Of a stretch of DNA of 64,000 bases, positions 37,333 through 46,437 are shown in pieces. The translations under genes and the position numbers were made by a program. Position 1 is the stretch's first letter; each line of letters begins with the position of its first letter. Under the pieces are notes generated by a model, which did no database searches, was not told where the DNA came from, and worked only from the letters and a program-made list of their open reading frames with translations. Origin of the DNA: an uncultured Gammaproteobacteria bacterium. Lineage in GTDB: Bacteria > Patescibacteriota > Patescibacteriia > Magasanikbacterales > GWA2-37-8. The DNA lies in NCBI GenBank assembly GCA_964535515.1, contig CAZHTA010000005.1, positions 13-64,012 on the forward strand, read 5' to 3'.

Positions 37333-38034
37333 ATGAATAAAAAATATATAATATTTATTATGGTCATAGCTATTTTAATTGGTGTAGCATTACTTGTGTT
37401 AGTTTTTTCGATGATGGGATCAGATAAAGAAGTTACTAATACACCGGTAACAAAAGTAGAAAATTTTAGCGAACCTATTCCAGAACCTGTTGTGGAGCCT
37501 GTGGTTCCAGTGGTTGTTGCACCTGTTGTTTCGTCAACAAATTTAGTAATTAATGAAAATACAATGCCAGTTGTTAAAATAAAAACAAACAAAGGAGACA
37601 TTACGTTAGAACTTTTTTCTGAAGACGTGCCAAAGACGGTGGAGAATTTTATTACTTTAGCTAAAAAAGGTTTTTATGATGGTGTAATTTTTCATCGGGT
37701 AATCAGTGGTTTTATGATTCAAGGCGGTGATCCAACAGGTACGGGCACGGGTGGTCCAGGGTATCGGTTTGATGATGAATTGAATTCACAAACACCTTCA
37801 TACAAGCGTGGTTATGTGCGTGGTACTTTAGCAATGGCTAACGCCGGTCCAAATACTAATGGTAGCCAGTTTTTTATCATGCACAAAGACTACCCACTAC
37901 CTAATGCCTATACTATTTTTGGGCGGGTGACAAAGGGAATAGAAGTAGTTGATGCGATTGCGGCTGAAGCTGTTGATTCGTCCGATCGTCCGCTAGAAGA
38001 CGTGGTAATGACAAAGGTAGAGGTAAAGCTTTAA
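37333..38034 (+). CDS. ppiB: cyclophilin-type peptidyl-prolyl cis-trans isomerase with N-terminal membrane anchor
   Basis: FHRVISGFMIQGGDP...GPNTNGSQFFI cyclophilin signature; 233 aa. Confidence 0.85.
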   Translation: MNKKYIIFIMVIAILIGVALLVLVFSMMGSDKEVTNTPVTKVENFSEPIPEPVVEPVVPVVVAPVVSSTNLVINENTMPVVKIKTNKGDITLELFSEDVPKTVENFITLAKKGFYDGVIFHRVISGFMIQGGDPTGTGTGGPGYRFDDELNSQTPSYKRGYVRGTLAMANAGPNTNGSQFFIMHKDYPLPNAYTIFGRVTKGIEVVDAIAAEAVDSSDRPLEDVVMTKVEVKL

Positions 38035-38036
38035 AT

Positions 38037-38064
38037 TTGACAGGGTTTTTGTTGGTGGTATAAT
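38037..38064 (+). promoter_or_regulatory. strong sigma70-like promoter TTGACA-16-TATAAT
   Basis: ttgaca(38037-42) gggtttttgttggtgg tataat(38059-64). Confidence 0.6.
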
Positions 38065-38121
38065 GTGAGTATGCTTAATAAAAAGTATCAATTTTTAAAG
38101 GCACACAAAAGAAAGAAATCA

Positions 38122-38149
38122 GAATTTCCCTGTTGGGAAATTTTTTTTA
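38122..38149 (+). terminator. terminator hairpin 1 in leader region
   Basis: aatttccc-tgtt-gggaaatt + T8. Confidence 0.65.
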
Positions 38150-38171
38150 TAACCAACAATATTAATTCACT

Positions 38172-38199
38172 AAATCCTCCGTTTCCCGGAGGATTTTTT
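38172..38199 (+). terminator. terminator hairpin 2 in leader region
   Basis: aaatcctccg-tttccc-ggaggat + T6. Confidence 0.65.
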
Positions 38200-38239
38200 A
38201 AATTTTAAAATTATGACATAAAATATCAATCAATAATTT

Positions 38240-38264
38240 GACGGCTAATGGCCGTCTGTTTTTT
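38240..38264 (+). terminator. terminator hairpin 3 in leader region
   Basis: gacggc-taat-ggccgtc + tgtttttt. Confidence 0.6.
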
Positions 38265-38288
38265 AGAAAATAATTTAATTAAAAAACT

Positions 38289-39293
38289 ATGGATACATCA
38301 GTTATTAAATTAACCGATCGAGTTTTGCAAGGCGCACGAGAATATTTGATTCAGAATGGTTATACGGAAGTCGTAACACCGCGCATTGTTAAGGCATCAG
38401 GTGCTTGTGAGAATATCAACACTTTGTTTGAGGTTTCATCAGATAAGGATGATCGTTGGTTTGATGGTCACAAAAGTTATTTGGCACAAACTGGTCAGTT
38501 GTATCTTGAGGCTTTAGTGCCAAAGTTAGGTTGTGTATATTGTGTTGGTCCTAGTTTTCGTGCGGAGCCGAAGGTAGACAAAAGGCATTTAACGGAGTTT
38601 TTGATGATTGAGATTGAACATCCAGGTGGTTTTGATCGGTTATTAGAATATATCGAAGGCATGCTTTATCATGTAGCGCAAATAGTTGCAAATGACCCAA
38701 AGGCAGTTGACGTCTATGGTATTACAGATGAAACTATTGTCCGATTAGCTTCGTGCACTAAAGTGTTTACTAAACTTACCTATGACCAAGCAATTAATAA
38801 GTTAAAGAGTTTGGGCGAAAAAATTGAATGGGGCGATGATATATCTTCAGCACAAGAGAGTGTCTTAGTATGGGAGAATAAAAATCAGCCGTTGTTTATT
38901 ACCAGATTTCCTGATCCGATGTGGAAGTTCGATAAGGATATTGAAGTGGAAAAATTTTTTAACATGTTGCCCGACCCGGAAAATCCGGGTCGTGTTTTAT
39001 CTGCTGATTTAATCTTGCCTTTTGGTGGGGAAGCAGTAGGTTCAGCAGCACGAGCGCATGAGGCCGATGTTCTGCGGGCAAGATTGGAGAACTCAAGAAT
39101 GTTTAAGCGTTTAGTGGAACGAGGGGGAAGCATTGAAGACTTTGAGTGGTATATTAACCAAGTTGAAACGAACGGTGCTGTACCACACGCAGGTTGTGGT
39201 TTTGGTATGGCCAGAGTAATACAATGGTTAAAAGGGGAGACTGATATTCGTAAGGCTGTGGCGTTTCCTTCTAACAAAGAGATTTTAGTATAG
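38289..39293 (+). CDS. class II aminoacyl-tRNA synthetase catalytic-core homolog lacking anticodon-binding domain (AsnA-like aspartate-ammonia ligase, archaeal AS-AR type)
   Basis: Motif 2-like GPSFRAEP, motif 3-like GCGFGMARVIQWL; 334 aa with no N-terminal OB fold. Confidence 0.55.
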   Translation: MDTSVIKLTDRVLQGAREYLIQNGYTEVVTPRIVKASGACENINTLFEVSSDKDDRWFDGHKSYLAQTGQLYLEALVPKLGCVYCVGPSFRAEPKVDKRHLTEFLMIEIEHPGGFDRLLEYIEGMLYHVAQIVANDPKAVDVYGITDETIVRLASCTKVFTKLTYDQAINKLKSLGEKIEWGDDISSAQESVLVWENKNQPLFITRFPDPMWKFDKDIEVEKFFNMLPDPENPGRVLSADLILPFGGEAVGSAARAHEADVLRARLENSRMFKRLVERGGSIEDFEWYINQVETNGAVPHAGCGFGMARVIQWLKGETDIRKAVAFPSNKEILV

Positions 39294-39342
39294 TATTAGT
39301 TGGCGGTTATTAGTTTGGGTTAAATGTTAGGGTAGTTATAGG

Positions 39343-39375
39343 AAAAAATCCGCTTGTTTTAAAGCGGATTTTTTG
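39343..39375 (+). terminator. Rho-independent terminator
   Basis: aaaaaatccgctt-gtttta-aagcggatttttt. Confidence 0.7.
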
Positions 39376-39404
39376 TTAATATTACTACGTTAATATATTT
39401 TTAT

Positions 39405-41336
39405 ATGCGTTTTAGATTATTATCATTTTTAGGCTTGTTGTTTGTTTTTGGTGGGTTGGTATTTGTTGGGCCAGTTAAGGTGGTTGAAAATCGTAGTTAT
39501 TTTTATGATGGTATAGATGTTGAAGCGGTGGTGAATCAAGATACTACGGTAGATATTAGAGAAAGGCAATCGTACGTTTTTGTAGGCGAATATCATAAGG
39601 GATGGAGAAGTATTCCTTTGCGTAAAATTGATGCGATTACCAATATTCAGGTTTTAGATGGTGTGACCAATCAACCGTTGACGTATTCTTGGCGTACTTT
39701 AGAAAAAACTGATCCAGCAAGTTGGGGTAAATATACCTACCGTCGTAACGGTGGTAATGTGGAGATTGAATGGTATTACAATGCCAAAGACGAACAAAAG
39801 ACCTGGATAATTGAATACAAAGCGCATGGTGCATTAGAGTTTTTAAAAGATAATGATAGGTTCTATTGGAATTTATTTACTGATTATGAAGTACCAGTAG
39901 AAGCGGCGAGTGTTAAAGTATATTTACCAGAAAATGCTAATTTGTCAGTCGCGGGTTGGGAAATATATCCATCAGGGGGCGTGGCGGCAGTTTCTTCATT
40001 TGACAGTAGTCAGGGTTATTTTTATGCTTCTGGCGAAAATTTTCCTCCTCAGGGCATGTTGACAGTGAATCTTTTCTGGCCAAAGGGAGCGGTAAACCGT
40101 TCAGCATATTGGTCAGATTTTTGGAAATTAAAGTATGGTTATATTATCTCAATATTTTTATTAATATTAACTTTTTCAATTGCTATTATCCGCTGGTTAA
40201 TGGTTGAACGTTTAGTTAAAGGGCGAGGTACAATTGTGCCGCAGTATGAACCACCAAAAGGAATGTCTCCGGCGGAAATGCAAGTAGTGTTAAAAGAGAG
40301 TGTGAATAGTCGAGCGCTGGCAGCGACGATTATAGACTTGGCAGTGAGGGGCTATGTAAAAATTGAAGAAGAGCCACCAACTGCTTGGCATAAAATGTTG
40401 GCGAAAGCAACGGTTGGTCTGTTTGCTGCTATTTTTATCTTACTTTTTATTGGTATTTGGTATTTTGGATCAGGAAATTCTATTAGTTTGTTTTTTGTTG
40501 CAGTAGCAGCGCTTATTTGTTTTATCATATTGCAGAAGTTTAAAACCGGACGTTACGGGCGTGATTATCGAATTGTTAAAACTGAAAAGGATAATAGTGG
40601 TTTAAAGGATTATGAGAAGAAATATTTGGATGCACTTTTTTGGTATGGAAGTGAATATTTTTCTACTCGCGAAATGCGTTCGTCTTCTAGTTCTTCTCGA
40701 GCGGCGGCGATGCAAAAAAATATTTTAGAATTGCGAGAAGATATTTACAAATCAGTTGACCCGGATAACAAGTTTTATGAAGTCTCACCGTTAAAAGAAA
40801 AAATCAAATGGGGTGTTTGGATTTTGTCTGGGATTATTATTGTTATTTGTTTGTCTGCGGGAGGAAGTTGGTTTTTTAGTTTAGCACAATATTGGTACAT
40901 TGTTTTTTCTTTAGTAATATTTGGTTCTTGTTTATTTGTATATTTTAAATACGAAGCTCGTTTAAGTCAGGCGGGTAGAGAGCTTAAAGAAGAGATCTTA
41001 GGCTTTAAAATGTATTTGTATTCTGCCGAACGGTATCGTTTGCAAAATCTTACGCCCGATATTTTCGAGAAGTATTTACCATACGCAATGGTGTTTAAGA
41101 TCGAAAAACAGTGGGCAAAGACTTTTGTTTCGAGAGACGTTAGCCAGCCTTCTTGGTATTATACTGGGTATTATGGTTCGGATTCCTCGGTACCGTCAGT
41201 AGCCACATTTTCGGCTACTGCCTTTAGCGCTAGTTTTGTTTCATCTTTTCCCGCCTCCTTTTCAGGTTGGTCGGGGGGGGGGTGGGGGGGGTTTTGGGGG
41301 GGGGGGGGGGGGGGTGGGGGAGGCGGTGCAAGTTAG
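39405..41336 (+). CDS. DUF2207-like membrane protein with Gly-rich C-terminus
   Basis: Signal/TM, extracytoplasmic beta-rich N-domain, several TMs, C-terminal GGGWGGFWGGGGGG tail as seen in DUF2207 family; poly-G DNA tract 41270-41330. Confidence 0.6.
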   Translation: MRFRLLSFLGLLFVFGGLVFVGPVKVVENRSYFYDGIDVEAVVNQDTTVDIRERQSYVFVGEYHKGWRSIPLRKIDAITNIQVLDGVTNQPLTYSWRTLEKTDPASWGKYTYRRNGGNVEIEWYYNAKDEQKTWIIEYKAHGALEFLKDNDRFYWNLFTDYEVPVEAASVKVYLPENANLSVAGWEIYPSGGVAAVSSFDSSQGYFYASGENFPPQGMLTVNLFWPKGAVNRSAYWSDFWKLKYGYIISIFLLILTFSIAIIRWLMVERLVKGRGTIVPQYEPPKGMSPAEMQVVLKESVNSRALAATIIDLAVRGYVKIEEEPPTAWHKMLAKATVGLFAAIFILLFIGIWYFGSGNSISLFFVAVAALICFIILQKFKTGRYGRDYRIVKTEKDNSGLKDYEKKYLDALFWYGSEYFSTREMRSSSSSSRAAAMQKNILELREDIYKSVDPDNKFYEVSPLKEKIKWGVWILSGIIIVICLSAGGSWFFSLAQYWYIVFSLVIFGSCLFVYFKYEARLSQAGRELKEEILGFKMYLYSAERYRLQNLTPDIFEKYLPYAMVFKIEKQWAKTFVSRDVSQPSWYYTGYYGSDSSVPSVATFSATAFSASFVSSFPASFSGWSGGGWGGFWGGGGGGGGGGAS

Positions 41337-41397
41337 AATTGACTAGTAAGCGGTTTTGAGTTAAAATTCTTCTGTTTTATACTTGCTTGTAATTTCT

Positions 41398-41468
41398 GCC
41401 CTCTTTGTTCAGTGGTAGAACAGTGGTATCGTAAACCACAAACATCAGTTCGATTCTGATAGAGGGCT
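41398..41468 (+). tRNA. tRNA-Thr (anticodon CGU)
   Basis: Manual fold: acceptor GCCCUCU/AGAGGGC, D-arm GUUC-AGUGGUA-GAAC, anticodon loop AUCGUAA, T-arm AUCAG-UUCGAUU-CUGAU. Confidence 0.8.
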
Positions 41469-41582
41469 CATTTAAAATTTCGCTTAATAGCGGAGTTTTT
41501 TATTTTCCACAAACCCTTGCTTTTTTTGTTGTTTATGATAGGGTTATTAAAGAAATTTGGGAATATATTTCCCTTAATTTGC

Positions 41583-41602
41583 ATTTGCACGCTCGTGCAA
41601 AT
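41583..41602. promoter_or_regulatory. 9-bp perfect inverted repeat ATTTGCACG-ct-CGTGCAAAT adjacent to TTGAC hexamers upstream of pepT (candidate operator)
   Basis: Palindrome seen directly; overlaps putative promoter ttgaccgatatttgaca. Confidence 0.45.
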
Positions 41603-41689
41603 GTTGACCGATATTTGACAATTCATTACGGAAACGGAAGAGGGAGTTAGTGCTAGTGCTGGAGCGAAAACTGTTTGGGGGAGGAATAG

Positions 41690-42943
41690 ATGTTGATTCC
41701 ACGCGAACGCATGCTCGAAAGGTTCATGCGCTACGTGCGCATGGACACCCAGTCGGTTGAGGGAGCGGAGTGCTACCCCTCGACCGAGAAGCAGAAGACC
41801 TTGCTGCGGCTGTTGGTCGACGAACTGAAGGCGCTGGGCCTCGCCGATGCGGCCATGGACGAGTGGGGCTACGTCTTCGCGACGTTGCCGTCGAACTTGC
41901 CGGCCGACCAGGCCGCCAAGTTGCCGGCCATCGGTTTCTTGGCGCACGTCGACACGTCGCCGGAAACGAGCGGCACGGACGTGAAGCCGGTGATCTGGAG
42001 GCACTACGATGCGGGCACCAACCTCGTGTTGCCCGGCGACCATTCCCAGGTGATCACCTGGGACGGTAACCCCGTGCTGCAGCGATACGTCGGGCAGGAC
42101 ATCATCACCAGCGACGGCACCACCCTGCTGAGCGCGGATGATAAGGCGGGCATCGCCGAAATCATGACCGCCATCGAGGTGCTGTTGGCGAATCCTGACA
42201 TCCCGCGCCCCACCATCCGTGTGGCGTTCACGCCCGACGAAGAGGTCGGTATGGGTACTGCCCATTTCGATCTCGCGAAGTTCGGCGTGCAGGCCGCCTA
42301 TACCCTCGACGGCGGCGAAATCGGTGAGGTTGAATGCGAGACATTCAACGCTTACCTCGCGACCTTCACGGTCGTCGGCAACAACTGCCACCCCGGCTAC
42401 GCCAAGGGGAAGATGGTCAACGCCATTCGTCCCATGGCAGCTATCGTCGAGGCCTTGTCCGACCAGCCTGCACCCGAGACCACCGAGGGTCGCCAGGCTT
42501 ACCTGCACCCGTACGATCTCAAGGGTGAAGTTGCCAAGGCTACGCTCAAGGTGCTCATCCGCAGCTTCGATGAAGCAGGTATCGAGTCGCGCAAGATGTT
42601 CCTCGCGGGCGTGCGCGATCGCGTAGCGGCGGCGTTCCCTCAGGCGAACATCGTTCTCGAGATGGTCGAGCAGTACAAGAACATGAAGGTCTACGTGGAT
42701 CAGGATCCGCGTGTCATGGCCTTCGCCACGGAAGCCATCATCAAGGCTGGTCTCCAGCCGATCACACGCGAGATCCGCGGCGGTACGGATGGCTCGAAGT
42801 TGTCCGAGAAAGGACTGCCTTGCCCCAACCTGTTCGCGGGTGGGCACAACTTCCACTCGAAGTTGGAGTTCATCCCGGTGCAGTCTATGGAGAAGGCCGT
42901 GGAGGTCGTGGTCTACCTGGTCGAGCGCTGGGCCAACGCCTGA
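41690..42943 (+). CDS. pepT: peptidase T (tripeptide aminopeptidase, M20B family) in GC-rich foreign-like cassette 5
   Basis: Strong collinear similarity to E. coli PepT recalled from memory (HVDTSP, GADDKAGIAEIM, AFTPDEEVG, IRGGTDG, GLPCPNLF, GGHNFH); high GC3; GGGGGAGG RBS. Confidence 0.8.
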   Translation: MLIPRERMLERFMRYVRMDTQSVEGAECYPSTEKQKTLLRLLVDELKALGLADAAMDEWGYVFATLPSNLPADQAAKLPAIGFLAHVDTSPETSGTDVKPVIWRHYDAGTNLVLPGDHSQVITWDGNPVLQRYVGQDIITSDGTTLLSADDKAGIAEIMTAIEVLLANPDIPRPTIRVAFTPDEEVGMGTAHFDLAKFGVQAAYTLDGGEIGEVECETFNAYLATFTVVGNNCHPGYAKGKMVNAIRPMAAIVEALSDQPAPETTEGRQAYLHPYDLKGEVAKATLKVLIRSFDEAGIESRKMFLAGVRDRVAAAFPQANIVLEMVEQYKNMKVYVDQDPRVMAFATEAIIKAGLQPITREIRGGTDGSKLSEKGLPCPNLFAGGHNFHSKLEFIPVQSMEKAVEVVVYLVERWANA

Positions 42944-43198
42944 TCATCCCGTCTCAGCCGTTTCTGGCTAAACACTTACCACATTGGAGGGAAATGGTGT
43001 GGCACAGTGCGATTCATTCGCCAAGCTATTCCCCTCTAAATGAAGATTTTGATTTAAGTCTTTATTTAGAGGATAGTTTGGAAATATTAATAAGACCATT
43101 TGTATAAATTACGAGTGGTTTTTTATTTATACACATCCTTTGGTTTGGTAGGTTTTCTACTTCTCCTTTTTTGTGATATAATTTAAATACTATCGCTT

Positions 43199-43879
43199 AT
43201 GATTAAATTACAGGGAGTAACCAAACTTTATACCACTACCTCAATTGCCTTGAGGGATATTAGTATTAATATTGGGGCGGGGGAGTTTGTTTCTATTATC
43301 GGACAAAGTGGTAGTGGTAAAACTACGTTAGCTAAACTTTTGATTGCGGAAGAGCGACCGACTAAAGGGGTCATTCATATTGGTGATTGGGATCTAACAA
43401 AAATCACTTCTAATGAAATTCCTTTTTTACGTCGTCAGATCGGAATGATTTTTCAGGATTACAAACTTTTACCAAAGAAAACTGTTTATGAAAACGTTTC
43501 TTTTGCGTTAGAGGTTTCCGGAGAAGATAGTCATCGTATTAATCAGGTGGTTCCGCAGCTGCTCGAGATTGTTGGTTTGTCAAAAAAACATGACCGTTAT
43601 CCTTTTCAGTTATCTGGTGGTGAACAACAGCGTGTGGCGATCGCTCGTTCGCTAGCGCATCGTCCAAAGATTATCGTAGCGGATGAACCAACTGGTAATT
43701 TGGATACAATTAACACTGAAGAGATAATTCAAATTTTGAAAAAAATTAACGAGTTTGGTACTACGGTTATGTTGTTAACACATAATCGCGAAGTGGTTAA
43801 CAGTCTGCGTCGGAGAGTAATTACTTTACATGGTGGTGAGATTATTATGGATCAAAGTGAGGGTAAATATGTGCTTTAA
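43199..43879 (+). CDS. ftsE: cell-division ABC ATPase FtsE
   Basis: Walker [10 protein letters not shown], signature [15 protein letters not shown], 226 aa, followed by ftsX. Confidence 0.8.
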   Translation: MIKLQGVTKLYTTTSIALRDISINIGAGEFVSIIGQSGSGKTTLAKLLIAEERPTKGVIHIGDWDLTKITSNEIPFLRRQIGMIFQDYKLLPKKTVYENVSFALEVSGEDSHRINQVVPQLLEIVGLSKKHDRYPFQLSGGEQQRVAIARSLAHRPKIIVADEPTGNLDTINTEEIIQILKKINEFGTTVMLLTHNREVVNSLRRRVITLHGGEIIMDQSEGKYVL

Positions 43880-43882
43880 AAT

Positions 43883-44791
43883 ATGATATCATTTTGGCGA
43901 GTGTTAAAATTTGCGTTTCAAGATTTAGGCCGTAATTTAGGCATGTCTTTCATGACAGTTTTTATTTTAGTCTTGATGTTGTTGTCTTTTAATACTCTCT
44001 GGTCAGTGGAAATCTTAACTAAACAGGCGGTTAGCACAGTTAAGGATCAAATTAATGTTAGTATATATTTTTCGGCTGATGCTAAAGATAAAGAGGTGGA
44101 GGATACCAAAAGTTATCTTTCTGGTTTCCCTGAAGTAGTTCAGGTTGATTTGCGTAGTCGTGAAGAAGTGTTGCAGCTTTTTAAAGATCGCCATAGTTTA
44201 AGTAAGGAAGTTTTGCAGGCATTAGAAGAGTTGGGTGGTAATCCTTTTGGTCCAACTGTAATTGTAAAAACAAAAGAACCGGGGGATTACAAAAAGATTG
44301 TAGAGGCACTGAACGCTCCAGAGTACAAAGATTTGATTGAAGCCAAAAGTTTTGATGAGCATGCAGATGCGATTGATAAGATTCAGAATATTACTAACCG
44401 AATCGAAGGGGCGGGGATGGGTTTAACTATTTTGTTTGCTCTAATTTCATTTTTAGTTATCTTTAACACTGTGAGGGTGGCAATTAACAGCCAGCGGTTT
44501 GAGATTGGAATCAAGCGGTTAGTGGGGGCAAGTAATTGGTTTATTCGTGGCCCGTATTTGATCGTTTCAGTAGTCTTAACTTTGGTTAGTGTGGGTATTA
44601 CGGCAATTATCCTTAAATTTGCTTTAAAATGGGTGGATCACTATTTATCCGTGGTCTTTTCTGGTGGATTCTCCTTGACAAATTATTACAATTCGCATAT
44701 TCTGTACGTGTTTGGCGTGCAGATTATAGTGGTCCTGGTTTTGACAGTGGCTTCTAGTATCCTAGCAATGCGCCGACAGTTGAAGATATAA
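43883..44791 (+). CDS. ftsX: cell-division permease FtsX
   Basis: N-terminal TM, periplasmic domain, C-terminal 3 TM FtsX domain; 302 aa. Confidence 0.75.
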   Translation: MISFWRVLKFAFQDLGRNLGMSFMTVFILVLMLLSFNTLWSVEILTKQAVSTVKDQINVSIYFSADAKDKEVEDTKSYLSGFPEVVQVDLRSREEVLQLFKDRHSLSKEVLQALEELGGNPFGPTVIVKTKEPGDYKKIVEALNAPEYKDLIEAKSFDEHADAIDKIQNITNRIEGAGMGLTILFALISFLVIFNTVRVAINSQRFEIGIKRLVGASNWFIRGPYLIVSVVLTLVSVGITAIILKFALKWVDHYLSVVFSGGFSLTNYYNSHILYVFGVQIIVVLVLTVASSILAMRRQLKI

Positions 44792-44810
44792 AATGCAATT
44801 TTATAAATAT

Positions 44811-44881
44811 TCGGGGATCGTCTAATGGCAGGACAGCGCCCTTTGAAGGCGCTTATCTTGGTTCGAATCCAAGTCCCCGAA
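44811..44881 (+). tRNA. tRNA-Gln (anticodon UUG)
   Basis: Manual fold: acceptor UCGGGGA/UCCCCGA, short D-stem, anticodon stem GCGCC/GGCGC loop CUUUGAA, T-arm CUUGG-UUCGAAU-CCAAG. Confidence 0.7.
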
Positions 44882-44883
44882 CT

Positions 44884-45144
44884 ATGTGGTTACTTTTCTT
44901 CGTAGGTATAGTAGAAATGGTGATTATTACCGCCTGGACTAAGGTGGTTTCTGATACCAAGGTTATAGCGAGTGGAGTTATAACTGTGATTAATATCATT
45001 ATTTGGTATTATGTTTTGCGTATATTCGTAGAGAATATTGAAAATATTTACTTTTTAGTTGTTTATATTGCTGGTTGTGCTTTAGGCACCATGGTTACCA
45101 CTTATTATTACAAACAGCAAGAAAAAAAGAATGTTATAAAATAA
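44884..45144 (+). CDS. small hydrophobic membrane protein
   Basis: 86 aa, two to three predicted TM segments; starts 3 nt after tRNA-Gln so expression uncertain. Confidence 0.35.
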   Translation: MWLLFFVGIVEMVIITAWTKVVSDTKVIASGVITVINIIIWYYVLRIFVENIENIYFLVVYIAGCALGTMVTTYYYKQQEKKNVIK

Positions 45145-45331
45145 TAGCTTAACCAAGCTGTTATTTTTTTATACCTGAATGGGATATTGTGATTATTACA
45201 GTCTCTGTTTAAACAAAAAATCACTTTATAATAAGTGGTTTGATGTTTGTTTAAATGAATCTGTGTGGAACCGGCGCGCCTATCCACACAGAGGCGGAAG
45301 AAGTGCGCCGGGTCCTAGGCCTTGTACGTCG

Positions 45332-45586
45332 TCACGCGGTCTTCTGCTCGGGGTAGTACCCCGTGTCGAACATCGCGTCGATGATGTCCGCCGGCACCAC
45401 GTCCTCCATGCGGATGAACGGTCCCGGCGGTGGGAGGTAGATTCCTCGCTTCCTCTCGAATCCAACAGCCAGGAGGAGGCTGCGGAATTCGTCGCATGCG
45501 GGCACGGGCACCGCCATGTCGTTGACATCGACTGCGATTGCGCCGATAGGATCGTTCGGTTCGAAGAGGTTCGTGGCGTCGTCCAT
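45332..45586 (-). CDS. hypothetical small acidic protein in GC-rich foreign-like cassette 6
   Basis: 84 aa from MDDATNLFEP; high GC3; TGGAGG RBS 6 nt upstream; hairpin ctgtgtgga...ccacacag just after stop. Confidence 0.45.
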   Translation of the reverse strand: MDDATNLFEPNDPIGAIAVDVNDMAVPVPACDEFRSLLLAVGFERKRGIYLPPPGPFIRMEDVVPADIIDAMFDTGYYPEQKTA

Positions 45587-45735
45587 GACACCCTCCAAAA
45601 AAGTTACTAATAGTAGACTGTCATATTTTATCAACAAAGTCAATATTTAGTCTAATAATTTTATTGTTTTCCATGGTGTGGAATGGTGTAAGTAAGGTTG
45701 CTTTAAACCTTGTTTTTTGTTAAAATATTAATACT

Positions 45736-46437
45736 ATGAATAAAATTGAAATTGTTTTTAATAACCAAAAAATTAAGGGTATTTGGCGTGATGAGGCAGA
45801 CGAGAGTGTTTGGGCGGAAATATTTAAATGGCGTGAATATCGCATCGCTGAGGAAATAATAAAAAGCGAGGGTGCAGTGGTTTTAGATGTCGGTGCTCAT
45901 GCCGGTTTTTTTGCTTTGTATTGTTTGTCTTTAAATGGTACTGTCAAAATTTTTAGTGTTGAGCCAGAAGAGAATAATTTGGCAACAATGAAAGATAATT
46001 TGAAATTAAACGATAGCCTTAAAAAAGTCTCTGTTATTCCGGGCGCGCTTTCATTGGTTGAAGGCGAGTGTTTTTTAAAGGTTTCCGAAGATAATCACAA
46101 TCACCATCTTTTGGGTAATGATGAAAATGATGAAGGTGTAGTTAAAGTGGCAGGTTTTAGCTTGCTTGGCTTGTTAAAGAAGAATAAGGTTAAAAAGATT
46201 GATTTATTAAAAATGGACATTGAGGGCGGGGAATTTGATTTAATAGAAAGTTGGGGGGCAGAGGAGTGGGGGGTAATATCTAATTTAATCTTTGAATATC
46301 ACGAAACCTCTAATCATAAAAAAGAGACCTTACTAGAAGTTTTACGTCAGAGTGGTTTTGGTGTACAGGTGTTTCCTTCCAAATTTGATAAAACAATGGG
46401 AATAATTTTTGCTAATAACAAAAGAATTAAAAAATAA
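45736..46437 (+). CDS. FkbM-family SAM-dependent methyltransferase
   Basis: VLDVGAHAGFF SAM-binding motif I and FkbM-like core; 233 aa. Confidence 0.7.
   Translation: MNKIEIVFNNQKIKGIWRDEADESVWAEIFKWREYRIAEEIIKSEGAVVLDVGAHAGFFALYCLSLNGTVKIFSVEPEENNLATMKDNLKLNDSLKKVSVIPGALSLVEGECFLKVSEDNHNHHLLGNDENDEGVVKVAGFSLLGLLKKNKVKKIDLLKMDIEGGEFDLIESWGAEEWGVISNLIFEYHETSNHKKETLLEVLRQSGFGVQVFPSKFDKTMGIIFANNKRIKK

Noticed and set aside
41270-41330. Poly-G tract at the 3' end of the 39405-41336 gene as a pure sequencing artefact
   Set aside because: Not rejected outright. Down-weighted because DUF2207-family proteins characteristically end in Gly-rich tails. Raw-read inspection is still warranted.
41468-42856. 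462-aa minus-strand ORF and other alternative-frame ORFs overlapping pepT
   Set aside because: Antisense of a confidently identified PepT. The composition artefact of GC-rich DNA gives long open frames.
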